Notes: generated by a model from the letters alone, not told the origin. A stretch of DNA of 23,066 bases from Candidatus Micrarchaeota archaeon (GCA_027345565.1 DAHWIF010000010.1:1-23066); one strand, 5' to 3'. Positions 7,773 to 17,421 are shown, numbered from the stretch's first letter. Numbers and translations: made by a program.

Positions 7773-8045
7773 CTACTTCTTCTTTGATACGCTCGCTTTC
7801 AGCTCCTTCACGTTGCCCTCTACCCTCTCTATGGCGCTTTCTAGAGCAGCTGATGCGCCCTTCTTTCCTGTCTTTATCACAAGCACTGGTTTCCCGACCT
7901 CTGGATGGTCCTTTGTAACACCTGCGAAAGTGACATCTGAATCTCCCATCAGTTCGTGCGCCAGCAGGTCGGGGAAAGTCAGGTCCCCGTCACCGAACTC
8001 TATCATCAGCTCCTTGCTCTCGTTCTTCAGCACCTTCATATCCAT
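7773..8045 (-). CDS. rpoL: DNA-directed RNA polymerase subunit L (Rpo11)
   Basis: Pattern ELMIEF..GDLTF..LL...L....VTFAG...DHP. Start at ATG 8045. Confidence 0.9.
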   Translation of the reverse strand: MDMKVLKNESKELMIEFGDGDLTFPDLLAHELMGDSDVTFAGVTKDHPEVGKPVLVIKTGKKGASAALESAIERVEGNVKELKASVSKKK

Positions 8046-8049
8046 GGAA

Positions 8050-8679
8050 TCACTTAACATTGTTGAAGTAATTTTTTATCTCTTCTGGTTTGTCGTAATA
8101 GCTGCTAAGCTTTTTATGCTCCGACATCCTGCATGCGTTGCAGTAAAGCGTATCCGGCCTCTCTCCGGTCCGCAGCGGCCCGCCGCAGCTGCTGCAGGTC
8201 GAATGCACGACGCCGGCCTCTGGGCTGTTCAGGCTCAATACGTATGTATCGTTCTCCTCGGCTATGACCTTGGCCATCACGATGTCCCCCGCCCTGCACG
8301 GCCTCTCCTCCTGCTCAGGCCTCATCTCCCTCCTGTCGCCATACCTGCCACCAGGGCCCCTGCCGAACTGGCGCTGCTGCCTCAGTATTATCTTCCCGTC
8401 TTTCAGCGGCAGGTACTCCTTCTTGCCTGTCGAAATCCTGTTTATCTCTACGAATATCACGCTCTTCATCGCATCGGTCACCCTTCCGAGCACCAGCATG
8501 CCGCGCTTCAGCCCCATTATCTCCTTGAGCGGCATGACCCCTATAGCTCCATCCTTCACGAGGCGCACACCGGCAGCTGCGGCGTACACCGCGCCATCCT
8601 CCACATACGTGTTGCTTGACGGGGCGTACTCCTCCTCCATCGCGAGCTTCTCCCCAGGGCTTACGAACTGATTGTCCAT
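8050..8679 (-). CDS. csl4: Exosome complex RNA-binding protein Csl4
   Basis: FVSPGEKL..EEEY N-terminal domain, S1 domain (GDIVMAKV), and C-terminal Zn ribbon CSSCG...CNAC...KKLS. Confidence 0.9.
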   Translation of the reverse strand: MDNQFVSPGEKLAMEEEYAPSSNTYVEDGAVYAAAAGVRLVKDGAIGVMPLKEIMGLKRGMLVLGRVTDAMKSVIFVEINRISTGKKEYLPLKDGKIILRQQRQFGRGPGGRYGDRREMRPEQEERPCRAGDIVMAKVIAEENDTYVLSLNSPEAGVVHSTCSSCGGPLRTGERPDTLYCNACRMSEHKKLSSYYDKPEEIKNYFNNVK

Positions 8680-8683
8680 GATA

Positions 8684-9349
8684 TCACCTGTTCTTTGCCT
8701 CTATGAGCGCTGCGTTCTTGATAAGCCCTTCGCTCCTCAGCGCCCTGTATACGGCTATGAGCGTGTTGTACTTCGCCCTCGTCCTTCCCCTAGAGAATGT
8801 CCATATATCCTTCACGCCTGCGAGCTCCAGCATCTTCCTCACCGGGGCGCTCGCCACGACCCCGAGCCCACGCGGCGCAGGCTTGAGTATCACCTCGACG
8901 CTTCCGCACTTGCCCTTCACTATGACAGGTATGCTGTGCGCCGTGCCGCACGCGCACTGCCACGATCCGCATCCGAATATGACTGGTATTATGCTCGCTT
9001 TCGCGTTCCTCACCGCCCTGTCTATCGCCGCCTTGACCTCGCTCTCCTTTCCGCTGCCTACGCCCACATGGCCCTTTCCGTCGCCGACTATCGCGGTGAC
9101 CCTGAACTTCATCTTCCTGTTGTTCTTCGTCATTCGCTGCACGCTGGCTATCTCTATCACGTCGTTCTTCAGGTCCGGTATCAGTGCGTCAACTATCTCT
9201 GTCTCTTCTATGTGCTTGCCCTCGTGGAATATCTGCTCTATAGAGGTTATCTCGTGGCTCTTCACGCGCTTGCCCACCTCTGTCCTTGGCTCCCACGTGT
9301 TTATGTCGAACTTCGTAGCCTCCGGTTCGTAATTCCTCCTCCTATTCAA
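8684..9349 (-). CDS. rps5: 30S ribosomal protein uS5
   Basis: WEPRTEVG, VQRMTKNNR, GCGSWQC.CG..HSIP, LKPAPRGLG. Confidence 0.97.
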   Translation of the reverse strand: MNRRRNYEPEATKFDINTWEPRTEVGKRVKSHEITSIEQIFHEGKHIEETEIVDALIPDLKNDVIEIASVQRMTKNNRKMKFRVTAIVGDGKGHVGVGSGKESEVKAAIDRAVRNAKASIIPVIFGCGSWQCACGTAHSIPVIVKGKCGSVEVILKPAPRGLGVVASAPVRKMLELAGVKDIWTFSRGRTRAKYNTLIAVYRALRSEGLIKNAALIEAKNR

Positions 9350-9895
9350 TCAATCACTCAATATCCTCTTCTTCACGCTCTCGAACAGCGCGCCGATGTT
9401 CGCCACGTCAACCTTCTCCTTGGCGTATTTCGAGAACTGCGGCGCAGCCGCTTTTCCAGATGATGCGTAATCCGCTATATGCGATCCGGATAGCCTCTTC
9501 TCGTCTATCTCGATGCTGTTGATGAGCTTTATTCCCCCGTCTGCTGCCCCTTTCGCGCCGGCGAATACTACCGAGGACTTCACCGGCTTGTAGAGCCCGA
9601 TGTCCAGCACGGCCTCTCCCTTTACAGCGCCCTTGCCTTTCTTCGCGAGCAGCAGCCCAGTGAGGTATGCAGTTGGCACGTTTGCCCGCGCAGGCCATCC
9701 CATCTTGTTTAGCTCCCTAGACTGCGCGGACGCTATAACCGAGTCCCCAGCTGGCGTATACTCTACAGCCTGCACTATCACTCCCCTGTTGCTCTTCCTC
9801 ACCACTATGCGCGTGAGGCCTCCCTTAAGCAGTGATATCCTGCGCTTGTAGTTCGTGCGCGCGTTCCTCCTCCTCGCTCTTATGTGCCTGTACAT
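9350..9895 (-). CDS. rpl18: 50S ribosomal protein uL18
   Basis: RRR..RTNYKRR..LL, RIVVRKSN, NVPTAYLTG, AVLDIG. Confidence 0.97.
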   Translation of the reverse strand: MYRHIRARRRNARTNYKRRISLLKGGLTRIVVRKSNRGVIVQAVEYTPAGDSVIASAQSRELNKMGWPARANVPTAYLTGLLLAKKGKGAVKGEAVLDIGLYKPVKSSVVFAGAKGAADGGIKLINSIEIDEKRLSGSHIADYASSGKAAAPQFSKYAKEKVDVANIGALFESVKKRILSD

Positions 9896-9899
9896 AGCA

Positions 9900-10373
9900 T
9901 CACAAATGCCTCAGCTGTTTGGCCCTTTCCTCGTTTATCTCTATGCCGGTGCTCCTTATGTGGCTTATTAGAGAGCCCTTGCTTGCAAAGCTGCCTCCCT
10001 TCACAAGCCGATAAAACCTCTTGAACGTCTTATTGTCTATGCTACTGTCGCTTTTGAGCGCGCTCAGCACCCTCCTCTGGCCCCTTACCCTTTTCTTGTA
10101 GTCGACGCTCAGCCTTGCCTTTATGGTGCCTCTTCTGCTGCCAGGTCCCCTCCTCCTGCCCATCATCTTTTTAGCCCTCACGGCTCTCGCCCTGAAGCTT
10201 ATGTTGCTCTTCTCCTGTATCGCATAGATCTTGCCGCTGCTTATCATCGCCCTGACATCATCCGCTGTAAGCGCCTTCTTCGCATCCGCTACCGCGTCCG
10301 GCTTTATCCTCACCTTGCTCTCGCCCCTGCCGAGCTCACGTGCCGCTATCCTCTTCGTAAGGCTTATGCTCAT
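9900..10373 (-). CDS. rpl19e: 50S ribosomal protein eL19
   Basis: KRIAA..LG.G..KV, GRRRGPGSRRG, YRLVKGG.F. Confidence 0.95.
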   Translation of the reverse strand: MSISLTKRIAARELGRGESKVRIKPDAVADAKKALTADDVRAMISSGKIYAIQEKSNISFRARAVRAKKMMGRRRGPGSRRGTIKARLSVDYKKRVRGQRRVLSALKSDSSIDNKTFKRFYRLVKGGSFASKGSLISHIRSTGIEINEERAKQLRHL

Positions 10374-10735
10374 TTCATACCACTGTTTACTATCCTTATA
10401 TCGTTGCCTGCGGCTTTGACTATCTGTGCGCGTTTCCTCTTCGACACGCCATGCGCTATCGCCACTTCGTAGTTCTGCGCGCCTCTCGCAAGCGTAAGCT
10501 CATCCACGTTGTGCACAACGATAAGCCTCTTCCCAGACGCGCGCACGCCCCTTATGCCTTCCGGGTTCCTGTAGCCTATGTTCGGCTCCGCGCCCATGAA
10601 GCTCTTCTTTATGCGCTTCTTGTTGTCGATGCCGCGCTGCTTGCGCCATCTCTCAGGCACGCGCTTCCTGCTCCTTGCGCCAAAGTTCGGCACGTTGAAT
10701 TTCGGATGCCTCCTCTTCATCGTCATGACAATCAT
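10370..10735 (-). CDS. rpl32e: 50S ribosomal protein eL32
   Basis: WRKQRGIDNKKR, PNIGY, SG...VVHN; ATGA overlaps on both sides. Confidence 0.95.
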   Translation of the reverse strand: MIVMTMKRRHPKFNVPNFGARSRKRVPERWRKQRGIDNKKRIKKSFMGAEPNIGYRNPEGIRGVRASGKRLIVVHNVDELTLARGAQNYEVAIAHGVSKRKRAQIVKAAGNDIRIVNSGMK

Positions 10736-11256
10736 TCCTCTATCGCGTAGTATATCCCGTCCTGGAAGACGCGCTCGTCCCGGTGCCTTATCTTGCAGGC
10801 CTTCCTTATGTTCGCCGCGGTCTGCGTCACGTCATCGAGCATCGTGCCGTATATCCGTAGCTCCTGCCCCTTAATCTCTGTTTTCGTGTTGCCGGCTATC
10901 TTCGCCGTTCTCGGGGACCTCTCACCAGCAACATTCTTTATCAGCACCACGCCGTCCTTGACCTCTGATGTGAGGGGGAAGTGCGCGTGCAGCGCCTGCA
11001 TGCGGATCTCGAAGTACTTCGCAACGCCCGCCATATCGTTGGATATCTCCTTTGCGAGCGATTGCACTGAGACCTCGGCCTTCTTCTTGAGCCCCTTGGA
11101 TTCCGTAGCCTTTATCGTTATCTCCCCCTGGCCTGAAGAGACGTTGAGCAGCGAGCCGTTGAATCTCCTCCTGTTCTCCCCCAGGCTGCCCTTGACGGAT
11201 ATCACATCCCCGTCTACGTTCACAGTTATGCCATCCGGTATCTTGAGCGTTATCAT
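10732..11256 (-). CDS. rpl6: 50S ribosomal protein uL6
   Basis: IPDGITV, HAHFP, QTAANI, RDERVFQDGIY. Start at ATG 11256. Confidence 0.96.
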   Translation of the reverse strand: MITLKIPDGITVNVDGDVISVKGSLGENRRRFNGSLLNVSSGQGEITIKATESKGLKKKAEVSVQSLAKEISNDMAGVAKYFEIRMQALHAHFPLTSEVKDGVVLIKNVAGERSPRTAKIAGNTKTEIKGQELRIYGTMLDDVTQTAANIRKACKIRHRDERVFQDGIYYAIEE

Positions 11257-11263
11257 GCGATCA

Positions 11264-11644
11264 CTAATACACATATGCGAGCAGACGGCCGCCAACGCCA
11301 TCCGCCTTTGCCTCCCTGTTCGTCATCACGCCTTTTGGCGTCGAGATTATCAGTATGCCGAAATCCCTGCTAGGTATGTACCTCGCTTCGTATTTCTGTA
11401 TGTCGTTCTTGCCTATCGAGTATCTTGGCTTCACTACGCCTATGCTGTTTATCTTGTTTGCAAGCGAGATCCTGAGCCTGCGCGCGTGCCTCTCCTTGAA
11501 CTCCTCGAAGCCGTTTATGTATGACTCCTTTTTCATCACTTCCATGACCGCCTTGACCAGCCTGGTCGAGTCCACCACACACTCGGCGCGCCCGATCCGC
11601 TCGTTCGTTTTTATCGTGTTTATAGCGTCAGAGAATCTGTCCAT
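11264..11644 (-). CDS. rps8: 30S ribosomal protein uS8
   Basis: DRFSDAI..IK..E, INSIGVVKPRY, IISTPKGVMT..EA....VGGRLLAYVY. Start at ATG 11644. Confidence 0.97.
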   Translation of the reverse strand: MDRFSDAINTIKTNERIGRAECVVDSTRLVKAVMEVMKKESYINGFEEFKERHARRLRISLANKINSIGVVKPRYSIGKNDIQKYEARYIPSRDFGILIISTPKGVMTNREAKADGVGGRLLAYVY

Positions 11645-11648
11645 GATA

Positions 11649-11813
11649 TCACCCGTATTTCTTGAAACCAAGGCCCGGCGCGCTCTCGCGGAAGCACCTC
11701 CTGCATATGTATAGGTTGTGCGACCTTATCAGCGCCCTGGCGCCGCCGCAGACCCTGCACTTCCTCGCGCCCTTGCCCCTGTATTTTTCCTCATTCCTTA
11801 CCTGCATGATCAT
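11649..11813 (-). CDS. rps14: 30S ribosomal protein uS14 (Zn-finger type; absent from ORF track, 54 aa)
   Basis: Manual translation [54 protein letters not shown], with CxxC...CRRCFRE; lies between uL5 and uS8. Confidence 0.95.
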   Translation of the reverse strand: MIMQVRNEEKYRGKGARKCRVCGGARALIRSHNLYICRRCFRESAPGLGFKKYG

Positions 11814-12334
11814 GACACCTCTACTCCGAACTCCCTCTTCACGTACTCCTTTATGAGATCCCTGTCAACCGCGCCGTGCTTTGCCGGAAGCCTCGACGCC
11901 ATGCGCTTCCTGAGGCGTACCCTGGCGCCCCTCCTGTTGAATGCAACGTTCACGTTCATCCCCAGCATGCCTATTGCCGGGTCGTACTTGATTCCGCGTA
12001 TGTCTATGTACTCCTTTATGCCGAAGCTCAGCGAGTTCTGCGTGACCGATGACTCTTTTATGCGGTTGTCCACTGCGTCAAAAAGCCTCTTGAGTAAATC
12101 CGTAGATTTCTTGCCTCGTATCGTCACGAAAGCGCCGATAACCTGGCCTTTTGTTATCTTGAATGCCGGGGCCCTCCTCTTTGATATCTCCTCCGAAGGC
12201 TTCATGCCAGTCATCAGCTCAAGCAGCCGCTTTGCGGCTTCCGCGTGCCTCTCCTCGCTGCCGGTCCCTATGTTAACCACTACCTTGTTTATCCTTATCG
12301 ACTGCATAGGGTTCACGGTTGTTTGCTGGGCCAT
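11810..12334 (-). CDS. rpl5: 50S ribosomal protein uL5
   Basis: [32 protein letters not shown]. Confidence 0.97.
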   Translation of the reverse strand: MAQQTTVNPMQSIRINKVVVNIGTGSEERHAEAAKRLLELMTGMKPSEEISKRRAPAFKITKGQVIGAFVTIRGKKSTDLLKRLFDAVDNRIKESSVTQNSLSFGIKEYIDIRGIKYDPAIGMLGMNVNVAFNRRGARVRLRKRMASRLPAKHGAVDRDLIKEYVKREFGVEVS

Positions 12335-12335
12335 C

Positions 12336-13016
12336 CTACTCAACTACCATTATGTTTCTTACGAGGGTGTCGAAGCTGCTCCCCCCTTCCTCTACGGTCA
12401 CGTACGCTTTTGACGTGGCTGTGCCCTTGTGGATCTCCTTCACCCTGCCCTTTGCGCCTACGTGCACCCCGTCTATGACCATGCAGCTGCAGCCCTCCCC
12501 AAGCTTGAGCACCTTCTTCACCGAGTTGTCGTCGCCCAGCAGCACGGAATCGTTGGCATTTATCTCTTTGCTCTCTTTAACAACGGTGCCGTCATGAAGC
12601 CTAATCATCGCCGAGCCCCCTCCTGCCTTGTACTTCTGCACCACCTTGCACAGCCTGTCTGCCGTGCCCTTGGATTCCTTTATAGATACCTTGCCCAGCT
12701 CGTTTATGCCTATGCTGTAGCTGGTTTTCGACGGTAAAACGAGTATGGTATCGCTCAAGCCTACTGGATAGGCAGGGTCCCTCACAGGCTTCCCGTTCAC
12801 ATGGATCTCCTTTCTCTTTATCATTCTTGATGCGTCGTGGCTGCTTGCCGATATCCCCGCTTTTGTAGCGAATGCAACAAGCGGTATGCTCCTGCTGAGC
12901 GAATGCCTGCCAGGCGAAGGCTTTGCGGCGTATGCGCTCTCCTTCCTGTGGACTCCGTAGTATTTTGGAGCGGTGAGGCTTTTCATGTGCCTGCTGTTTC
13001 CTTTGTTAGCCATCAT
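12336..13016 (-). CDS. rps4e: 30S ribosomal protein eS4
   Basis: HMKSLTAP, PSPGRH, VNGK.VRD..YPVGL.D, IRLHDG. Confidence 0.95.
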   Translation of the reverse strand: MMANKGNSRHMKSLTAPKYYGVHRKESAYAAKPSPGRHSLSRSIPLVAFATKAGISASSHDASRMIKRKEIHVNGKPVRDPAYPVGLSDTILVLPSKTSYSIGINELGKVSIKESKGTADRLCKVVQKYKAGGGSAMIRLHDGTVVKESKEINANDSVLLGDDNSVKKVLKLGEGCSCMVIDGVHVGAKGRVKEIHKGTATSKAYVTVEEGGSSFDTLVRNIMVVE

Positions 13017-13444
13017 ACCGCCTCGTTCGTCACGTTGGCAGTTTCCTGCCGCTTCTCCTCTGCAGGCTTCTCTTTCGGCGCCTGCTTCATCTTCAGTGCC
13101 GCCGCCCTGCGCTTGTCAGAGAGGTTCAGGTCTGTTATGTAGACGTTGCTGCTGCTGACCCCGACGTTGAACTCCTTGCCCTTCGAATTCTTCTTCTTAA
13201 GCGAATCTATGAATATCCTGCCGCTCCTCAGGCTCACCGCGACCACCTTTCCCGTAGCGCCGCGCTTTGCGCCGCTCATCACTTTAACGGTATCGCCTTT
13301 TGCTACCTGGATCGCCCGCCTCTTGACCCCCATCTTGTTCCACAGCGACTTGTCTATGTGCACGTGCAGGAAGTGCTGCCGCACATGCATAGGCGCGTTG
13401 AAGCGCGCGTACCTCTGGTATCTTGGCTTGCTGCCGGTCATCAT
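13013..13444 (-). CDS. rpl24: 50S ribosomal protein uL24
   Basis: KPRYQR...NAP.H.R, KOW motif KGDTVKVMSG..RG..GKV, SNVYITDL. Confidence 0.96.
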   Translation of the reverse strand: MMTGSKPRYQRYARFNAPMHVRQHFLHVHIDKSLWNKMGVKRRAIQVAKGDTVKVMSGAKRGATGKVVAVSLRSGRIFIDSLKKKNSKGKEFNVGVSSSNVYITDLNLSDKRRAAALKMKQAPKEKPAEEKRQETANVTNEAV

Positions 13445-13839
13445 ACCACCCTGGATGCTATGCCGGCAAGCTTTATGTAGCGCTCGACGACCTCGCGCGC
13501 CATCGCGCCCTTGACCTCTGTGCCCACCGGCAGGTCCGATTCGGTTATAAGTATGCCGGCGTTGTCCTCAAACCTCACCCTCATGCCGTTGGACCTCCGC
13601 ATCGGCTGCTTCTGCCGTATTATCACTACCCTGACCTTCTTCTTTATGTACTGCGGCGAGCCGCTCTTTACGCTGCACATCACTATGTCGCCTATGCCCG
13701 ATGCAGCAAGCCTGCCTTTCCTGCCCGCCTTGCCCACCTTGTTTATTATCATCAGGGTCTTCGCTCCGCTGTTGTCTGCGCAGGTCAGCACGGAGCTCGG
13801 TATGAGACTCTTCGATACTTTTGAGGATATGCCCTTCAT
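13441..13839 (-). CDS. rpl14: 50S ribosomal protein uL14
   Basis: CADNSGAK, GDIV..SVK.G.P, IIRQK...RR..G.RVRFEDNA. Start at ATG 13839. Confidence 0.97.
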   Translation of the reverse strand: MKGISSKVSKSLIPSSVLTCADNSGAKTLMIINKVGKAGRKGRLAASGIGDIVMCSVKSGSPQYIKKKVRVVIIRQKQPMRRSNGMRVRFEDNAGILITESDLPVGTEVKGAMAREVVERYIKLAGIASRVV

Positions 13840-14147
13840 GACTTCGCCTTGCTTATTATTTTTGTGACCACAAACGACTTGGTCTTGCTCAGTCTCCTGG
13901 TCCCTGCGATCTGCACCGTGTCTCCGATACCGGCGTTTATGCACTCCGGGTTGTACGCCGGTATCCTCGAGGTGTTCCTGAGGGACCTCTCGTATTTCTT
14001 AAGGAACGTTGTGTAGGTATTCTCTATTATCACGGTCTTGTGGGCGCGGTCGCTGACCACTACCCCCTCCATCTGGTAGCCGTGCGTCTTCAGCCTGCCA
14101 TGCACAGGGCATTTTGGGTCTTTGCATTCCAAACGATCACTTTTCAC
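13836..14147 (-). CDS. rps17: 30S ribosomal protein uS17
   Basis: C.D.KCP.HG.L, GVVVSD, KYER, GD.V.I..TR.LSKTKSFVV. Confidence 0.97.
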   Translation of the reverse strand: MKSDRLECKDPKCPVHGRLKTHGYQMEGVVVSDRAHKTVIIENTYTTFLKKYERSLRNTSRIPAYNPECINAGIGDTVQIAGTRRLSKTKSFVVTKIISKAKS

Positions 14148-14446
14148 ATGCGCCTCCGCTTGTAGAATCGGTAGCTTTTCTCTAGGCGCTCGTGGGGCCG
14201 GAAGTTTATCTCCCTGCCGTCCACGATGAACCTACTTTTGCCGTAAACAAATTTAAAGGTTGATGCCAGCTTCGGCACCACCCTTCTTCCAGAAGGAGTA
14301 TCGATGACAAGAGTATTCTTCGTCTCGTTTACCACAATTCCTTTTATTCCTTTTCTGGACTTGTCCCGGCTTCTTGCCACCTCAACCTTGAGGCCGATTA
14401 GCTCATGTAGGACTATATTCCTATTATTGTAATTGTAATTCGGCAT
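14144..14446 (-). CDS. rnp1: Ribonuclease P protein component 1 (Rpp29/POP4)
   Basis: NIVLHELIGL.VEV, GIKG.VVNETKNTL, VDG..I..RPHERL; canonical position before uS17. Confidence 0.93.
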   Translation of the reverse strand: MPNYNYNNRNIVLHELIGLKVEVARSRDKSRKGIKGIVVNETKNTLVIDTPSGRRVVPKLASTFKFVYGKSRFIVDGREINFRPHERLEKSYRFYKRRRM

Positions 14447-14477
14447 ATAAAAACCTTGCCATCCGTCCCAGAAGCAG

Positions 14478-15698
14478 CTACTTTACGATGATCCTATCAG
14501 AGACGCTGGTTATCCTGTCTATCTCGTAGCGTATCACGTTGCCGTAGTCTGTCTTGACCATCATAAGGCCCCTCTTCGCGTCAACTGCGGACACCTTGCC
14601 GACATACGCCCCGATGTCGTTGATCACCTGCTTGTCCTTCATCCGCGTCCTCCTTATCGCATGGCTCCTCAGCGCAAGGCTCAGCCTGGATACGAGGTAG
14701 CCGAAGATTATCGCTATGGTGCTGAAGAGCAGGAACTGCCAGAAGTATACCTGGCCGACTATCCACGCGGCCATGAGGTAGACTATCGCGATCGTCACTA
14801 TGCCGTAGCCCATGTACGTACCCTGCGTTATCGCCCTATATCTCATCCTCCTGTTCTCAGAGTCGAGCACCTTGCCTATTATGTACAGCACCAAGCCGAC
14901 CGGGAAGAGGATCAGGAAGCCCTGCACCGCAGATGCTACTATCGTGAGGGGGTTGTGGGTCGTTGCGAGCGCTCCAGTGTACGCACCATACCCCACTATG
15001 AGGCTGAGCACGAAGAAGACTATTGAGCTGGCGAAGAAAACGAAGCTCAGGCGCTCTATGCTGAAGCCCAGTCCTTTGAAGGAGCTGACCAACGAGTCTT
15101 CAACGCCGAAGCCCTTCGCGAGCAGGTATATGCCTATAAGCGCTGCGGGGAGCTGCCAGCCGAAGTTGAAGTAATAGCTTATTGCGAAAAGGAGTATGAG
15201 CACGGCGGGTATGCCGAAGACTATCCTGGCGTAGTGCGGCTCCTTGAGCTTCTCGAAAACCGTGAAATATGCGCCCTCGACATCCTCGGCCTGCTTCATC
15301 CTGACAAGGTCCACGCTATTGACGTTAAGCCTTGTCTTGAGCATAGGAAGAACTCTCATGTCGCTCATTCCGTCTGTCACAAGCACACATGAATCTGGCT
15401 TGAACCTGTCTATGACCATGTCGAGCTGCCTCGCGACCGCGCTGTCTGCGATGTACCCCTCCTTCTCGGCGCCGGTCACCGTTGCCACAGATACGGAGTG
15501 CCCCTTTTTCTTCAGCTCCTCGTACTTCCTGACGGCCTCGAACATCGTGTTCGCGTCAGGGTCCTGCGGGTCGGCCATCGCCAGCTTAGCCGCTGCGCTC
15601 AGGTTCGCCTCCTTGCCTATCACCGGCCCAGCTATCCTCGCCTTCCTGTAGAGGTCATTGTCTATGTCAACAGCGAGCACGAGCAGGCGTTCGGCCAC
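14478..15698 (-). CDS. DUF373 family membrane protein with a C-terminal PRC-barrel-like domain
   Basis: LVLAVDIDNDL..K....GPVIG..AN..AA..L...DP.D.DAN, LVTDG..D and multiple TMs. GTG start at 15698 inferred. Confidence 0.8.
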   Translation of the reverse strand: MAERLLVLAVDIDNDLYRKARIAGPVIGKEANLSAAAKLAMADPQDPDANTMFEAVRKYEELKKKGHSVSVATVTGAEKEGYIADSAVARQLDMVIDRFKPDSCVLVTDGMSDMRVLPMLKTRLNVNSVDLVRMKQAEDVEGAYFTVFEKLKEPHYARIVFGIPAVLILLFAISYYFNFGWQLPAALIGIYLLAKGFGVEDSLVSSFKGLGFSIERLSFVFFASSIVFFVLSLIVGYGAYTGALATTHNPLTIVASAVQGFLILFPVGLVLYIIGKVLDSENRRMRYRAITQGTYMGYGIVTIAIVYLMAAWIVGQVYFWQFLLFSTIAIIFGYLVSRLSLALRSHAIRRTRMKDKQVINDIGAYVGKVSAVDAKRGLMMVKTDYGNVIRYEIDRITSVSDRIIVK

Positions 15699-15834
15699 GT
15701 TTCCCCTATAGGATTGCGACGGAATAGCATAAAAACCTTTATATACCTGTGGGTATTGCGGAATACAACATTTGCAGCAGCCATCACAACCCATTTATTC
15801 TTTGGTTTAGAACAATTCGTACCCGGTAGTTATT

Positions 15835-17421
15835 ATGGCGCAGCAGCGCGGCAAGCAAAAGAGCATAAACCCTGAGGTCAGGCGCCTGGGCGCAGGCGCA
15901 GCCCGCACGGCCAGCTTCGTAATGATAGGCAAGTTCTCGTCCATAATCTTCCTCGGCCTCGCTTTTATAGTCATAGCCAGGCTGCTGGGCCCGAGCGAGT
16001 ACGGGATATACACGCTAGCTCTGGCGGTCGCAGGCTTCACCGGGGCGATAGGCAACCTCGGCGTCGGCACAGCGCTGAACAAGTTCATACCGCAGCACCT
16101 GTATAGGAAGGATACCGTGGCCATAGAGGACATACTCGCCAATTCGTTCTTCATAACCCTCGTAATGGGGGTCGTGATAGCGGTCATAACCGCAGCGCTA
16201 AGCGGTGTCATAGCTGCAGACGTGTTCCATAACCCATCATATGCGCTGGTGATAGAGATAGCCGCGATATCAATAATAGCATCGATGCTCTTCAGCACGT
16301 CGTATTCCGCCTTGCTAGGTTTCAACAAGGGAATATACATAGCGGCTATAAACACCACGCAGGCTGTGCTGCAGTCTACGCTTGGGGTGGCGCTGGTGCT
16401 CCTAGGGTTCGGCCCTGCCGGGCCGATAATCGGTATGATAGTCGGTTATACAGCTGCGTTCCTCTACTCCCTCTACCTGATATACCGGAAGCACGGCCTG
16501 CGCATGCTGGTGAGGCCCTCAGGGCGGTCCATAAAAAGGCTCTTCAGCTTCTCCGTACCTATAGGGGTTTCTGGCGCGACACTGAGCATATCATCCAACC
16601 TTGCCTTCATAGCGGTGGGGGCGTTCGCTACAGCCGCAGTGGTCGGGAACCTGGGAGTGGCGTCAAAGGTCAACTCGCTGATAGACATCGTGTCAGGCTC
16701 GATAAGCGTGTCGCTGCTGACGATGTACTCCGCGACGCTGGTAAGCGGGGTAAAGTCGAAGATAAGCAAGCTCTACAACCACACAATATACTATTCGTTC
16801 GTATTCCTCGCGCCGATGCTGCTCTTCGTCTTCGTGCTGGCCACGCCGTTCTCGTACGTCGCATTCAGCGCCAAATACTCGCTCGCCCCACTGTTCATAG
16901 CTGTAATGGCGATAGGCGCCCTGATAGCGCTAGCCGGGCAGTACGCCAATACGCTGCTCACCAGCGCGAACAGGGTGCGCGACGTGCTGAAGTACAGCGT
17001 GATAGTGTCAGCCGTCACCCTGGTGCTTATACCAGTGCTCATCCCGACGTTCAAGGGCATAGGCCTTGTGCTACTGCTGTACATAATAGCTCCGATCCTC
17101 ACCAATGTGCTTTTCATAAGGAGGAGCTCACAGCTCTTCAAGCTCAACTTCAAGGCAGGGAAGCTTTACAGGATACTTGCCGCCAATGTCATCACGATGC
17201 TGCTCGTCGTGCCGCTCATATTCCTGTGGGGCGGCAATTACATACCATTGCTGATAACCGCAGCTATAGAGATAATCGCGGTATACCCTGTGATACTAGG
17301 GGTGATCAAAGGCGTGGACCGCAGGGACGTAATCGTCATGGCGGCGATGACCGAGGGCATACCAGTTGTAAGCAGGATAATAGGCTGGCTGCTCTCGTAT
17401 GCCGGCAGGTTCGTTAGCTAG
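15835..17421 (+). CDS. MOP-superfamily oligosaccharide flippase (Wzx/polysaccharide biosynthesis type)
   Basis: IARLLGPSEYGIY, GNLGVGTALNKFI, LFSFSVP; many TM segments over 528 aa. Confidence 0.88.
   Translation: MAQQRGKQKSINPEVRRLGAGAARTASFVMIGKFSSIIFLGLAFIVIARLLGPSEYGIYTLALAVAGFTGAIGNLGVGTALNKFIPQHLYRKDTVAIEDILANSFFITLVMGVVIAVITAALSGVIAADVFHNPSYALVIEIAAISIIASMLFSTSYSALLGFNKGIYIAAINTTQAVLQSTLGVALVLLGFGPAGPIIGMIVGYTAAFLYSLYLIYRKHGLRMLVRPSGRSIKRLFSFSVPIGVSGATLSISSNLAFIAVGAFATAAVVGNLGVASKVNSLIDIVSGSISVSLLTMYSATLVSGVKSKISKLYNHTIYYSFVFLAPMLLFVFVLATPFSYVAFSAKYSLAPLFIAVMAIGALIALAGQYANTLLTSANRVRDVLKYSVIVSAVTLVLIPVLIPTFKGIGLVLLLYIIAPILTNVLFIRRSSQLFKLNFKAGKLYRILAANVITMLLVVPLIFLWGGNYIPLLITAAIEIIAVYPVILGVIKGVDRRDVIVMAAMTEGIPVVSRIIGWLLSYAGRFVS

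Noticed and set aside
15699-15794. Cys-rich MGCDGCCKCC N-terminus as a metal-binding leader of DUF373
   Set aside because: It spans the AT-rich divergent promoter region; DUF373 similarity starts at the GTG at 15698.
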